A stretch of DNA of 64,000 nucleotides from positions 1-64,000 of the forward strand of contig CBFFRP010000312.1 of NCBI GenBank assembly GCA_965644295.1, given 5' to 3'. The DNA is from Paraphysomonas bandaiensis (Eukaryota > Protista > Chrysophyceae). Below the pieces are notes generated by a model. That model searched no databases and had not been told where the DNA came from. It saw nothing but the letters and a program-made list of their open reading frames with translations. Position 1 is the stretch's first letter; the number at the start of each line of letters is the position of its first letter. Made by a program: the position numbers and the translations under genes. This document shows, one piece after another, positions 62,802-64,000 of the stretch.

Positions 62802-64000
62802 TTATTCATTATTATACGACATACGTGTGCGATCTGTTGAAGGACTGTGATCAGTGGCGGAGGGTGTTGGCCGCTGATGATGCGGAGTGGTTGTGGATGT
62901 TGCGGACGATAAAGGCGACAGCTCCTCTGGGGGGGATGCAAAACGGCTAAGACTATCATCTGGCTCAACTATGCCCATAAGATAGGTGTGACACATTGAT
63001 GTAACGCCTTCCCAAAATCGTCTGCGCAAATATAAATTATCAAGAAATTAGTATATCAAGGAAGACCTGTAGTCAGCTATTCTCTCGCGAAATCGAGCCA
63101 TTAGCTTAGGGTTCCTCGCAAAAGCTATAAAGTGTTCGGCGTGTTGACCCTTCTTTGTGAGGGCATCTAGCACTATCTCAGTTTTCGCCCAGAAAGCTCC
63201 CAGCTGTTCCAAAATGAGATCCACCTAACCAACACATGTTATTGATATTATTAAAATGACAGGACACGATGTTTTACGACCTTTCTAAGCATGCCAAGTG
63301 CATTGTCCATTTGAGATTCATCATTCGCACCGTCGTGCTGCTCACTCAGCCCTTGCGCATACCGAGTCATGATACCATCGCCGTTTCCACTATCACCTGT
63401 ATCGACGTCCATATCCCCAGAATCATCACCACGGCCAGAGGGCTGGTTGACAGGAGGCTTACGCGGAGAAAGTCCAGCACCTATAATCACCTCATCCACA
63501 TCGGAGCTGTGCCCACTTGATTCACTCCGGCATCCCTCACTACGGGGGCGAGAATTAACTCGTCTTTGTGCATGAGAGCTCGGATGACTTATAAGTAGCC
63601 CGCGCTCACGCCAAGAGTCCTGGCCGAACAGATTCATGAAAAGATCCAAAATGGCGTTACCAGATATAGTGGAATCTCCTGCTTGCTCTTGCAAGTTTTT
63701 CATCGCATCTCTTAGTGCCTGCACGTCAATTGTGGTCGATCCAAGTGTAGCACCTCCAAGAGAGGAAAGCGATTGAGAGTTCAGTTTCTGATGGTGATGG
63801 TAGTTGGATATGTCCAGAATGTGCTGTAACTTAGATATTGAATTTCGATTGGCACTCTGCGTCTTACTCACGAGAATCAGCAGTTCACTCACCCATTGTC
63901 GCACCATGTTAAAAAAATCTACTGCCAATTGAGGTTCGCCTTCCTCTACTGCCAGCTCGAGATCAGGGAACATATTCAACACGGCCAACGCAGTCTGCTC
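62802..64000 (-). CDS. 3' part of hypothetical helical protein (starts beyond window)
   Basis: Exons ~64000-63280, 63224-63066 and 63022-62802 join in frame (MLRK|VDLILEQLGAFW...DYR|RFWEGV). Confidence 0.7.

Overview
Eukaryotic nuclear DNA. It is gene-dense with short (~45-60 nt) GT-AG introns; a stramenopile-like protist is inferred from gene style, not proven. About 17 protein-coding genes are supportable. Named or family-level calls: TKI1/Cramped-like protein, small La-motif/PAM2 protein, exportin-T, alpha-kinase, BRCA2, FYVE-PIH1 fusion, SEC13, R2R3-MYB, GT92-like protein, IQ coiled-coil protein, cyclin H, TEY-type MAPK, Slo/BK-like K+ channel and a GATase-like protein. The rest are a secreted TxSP-stalk protein and hypotheticals. 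Intergenic regions hold degenerate hAT transposase and RNase H-bearing non-LTR retrotransposon remnants, a (TATG)n microsatellite and a 26-bp minisatellite. Highlights: (1) BRCA2 with 20 nearly identical BRC repeats in a 198-bp tandem array; (2) three candidate box H/ACA snoRNAs in the three long introns of exportin-T, two with plausible rRNA targets; (3) a BK-like channel with a VVGYGD filter and a Cys-rich turret; (4) an intronless Zn-finger alpha-kinase inside a TE nest bracketed by hAT-like ends. All gene models and RNA folds were derived by eye, so splice and TE boundaries are approximate.
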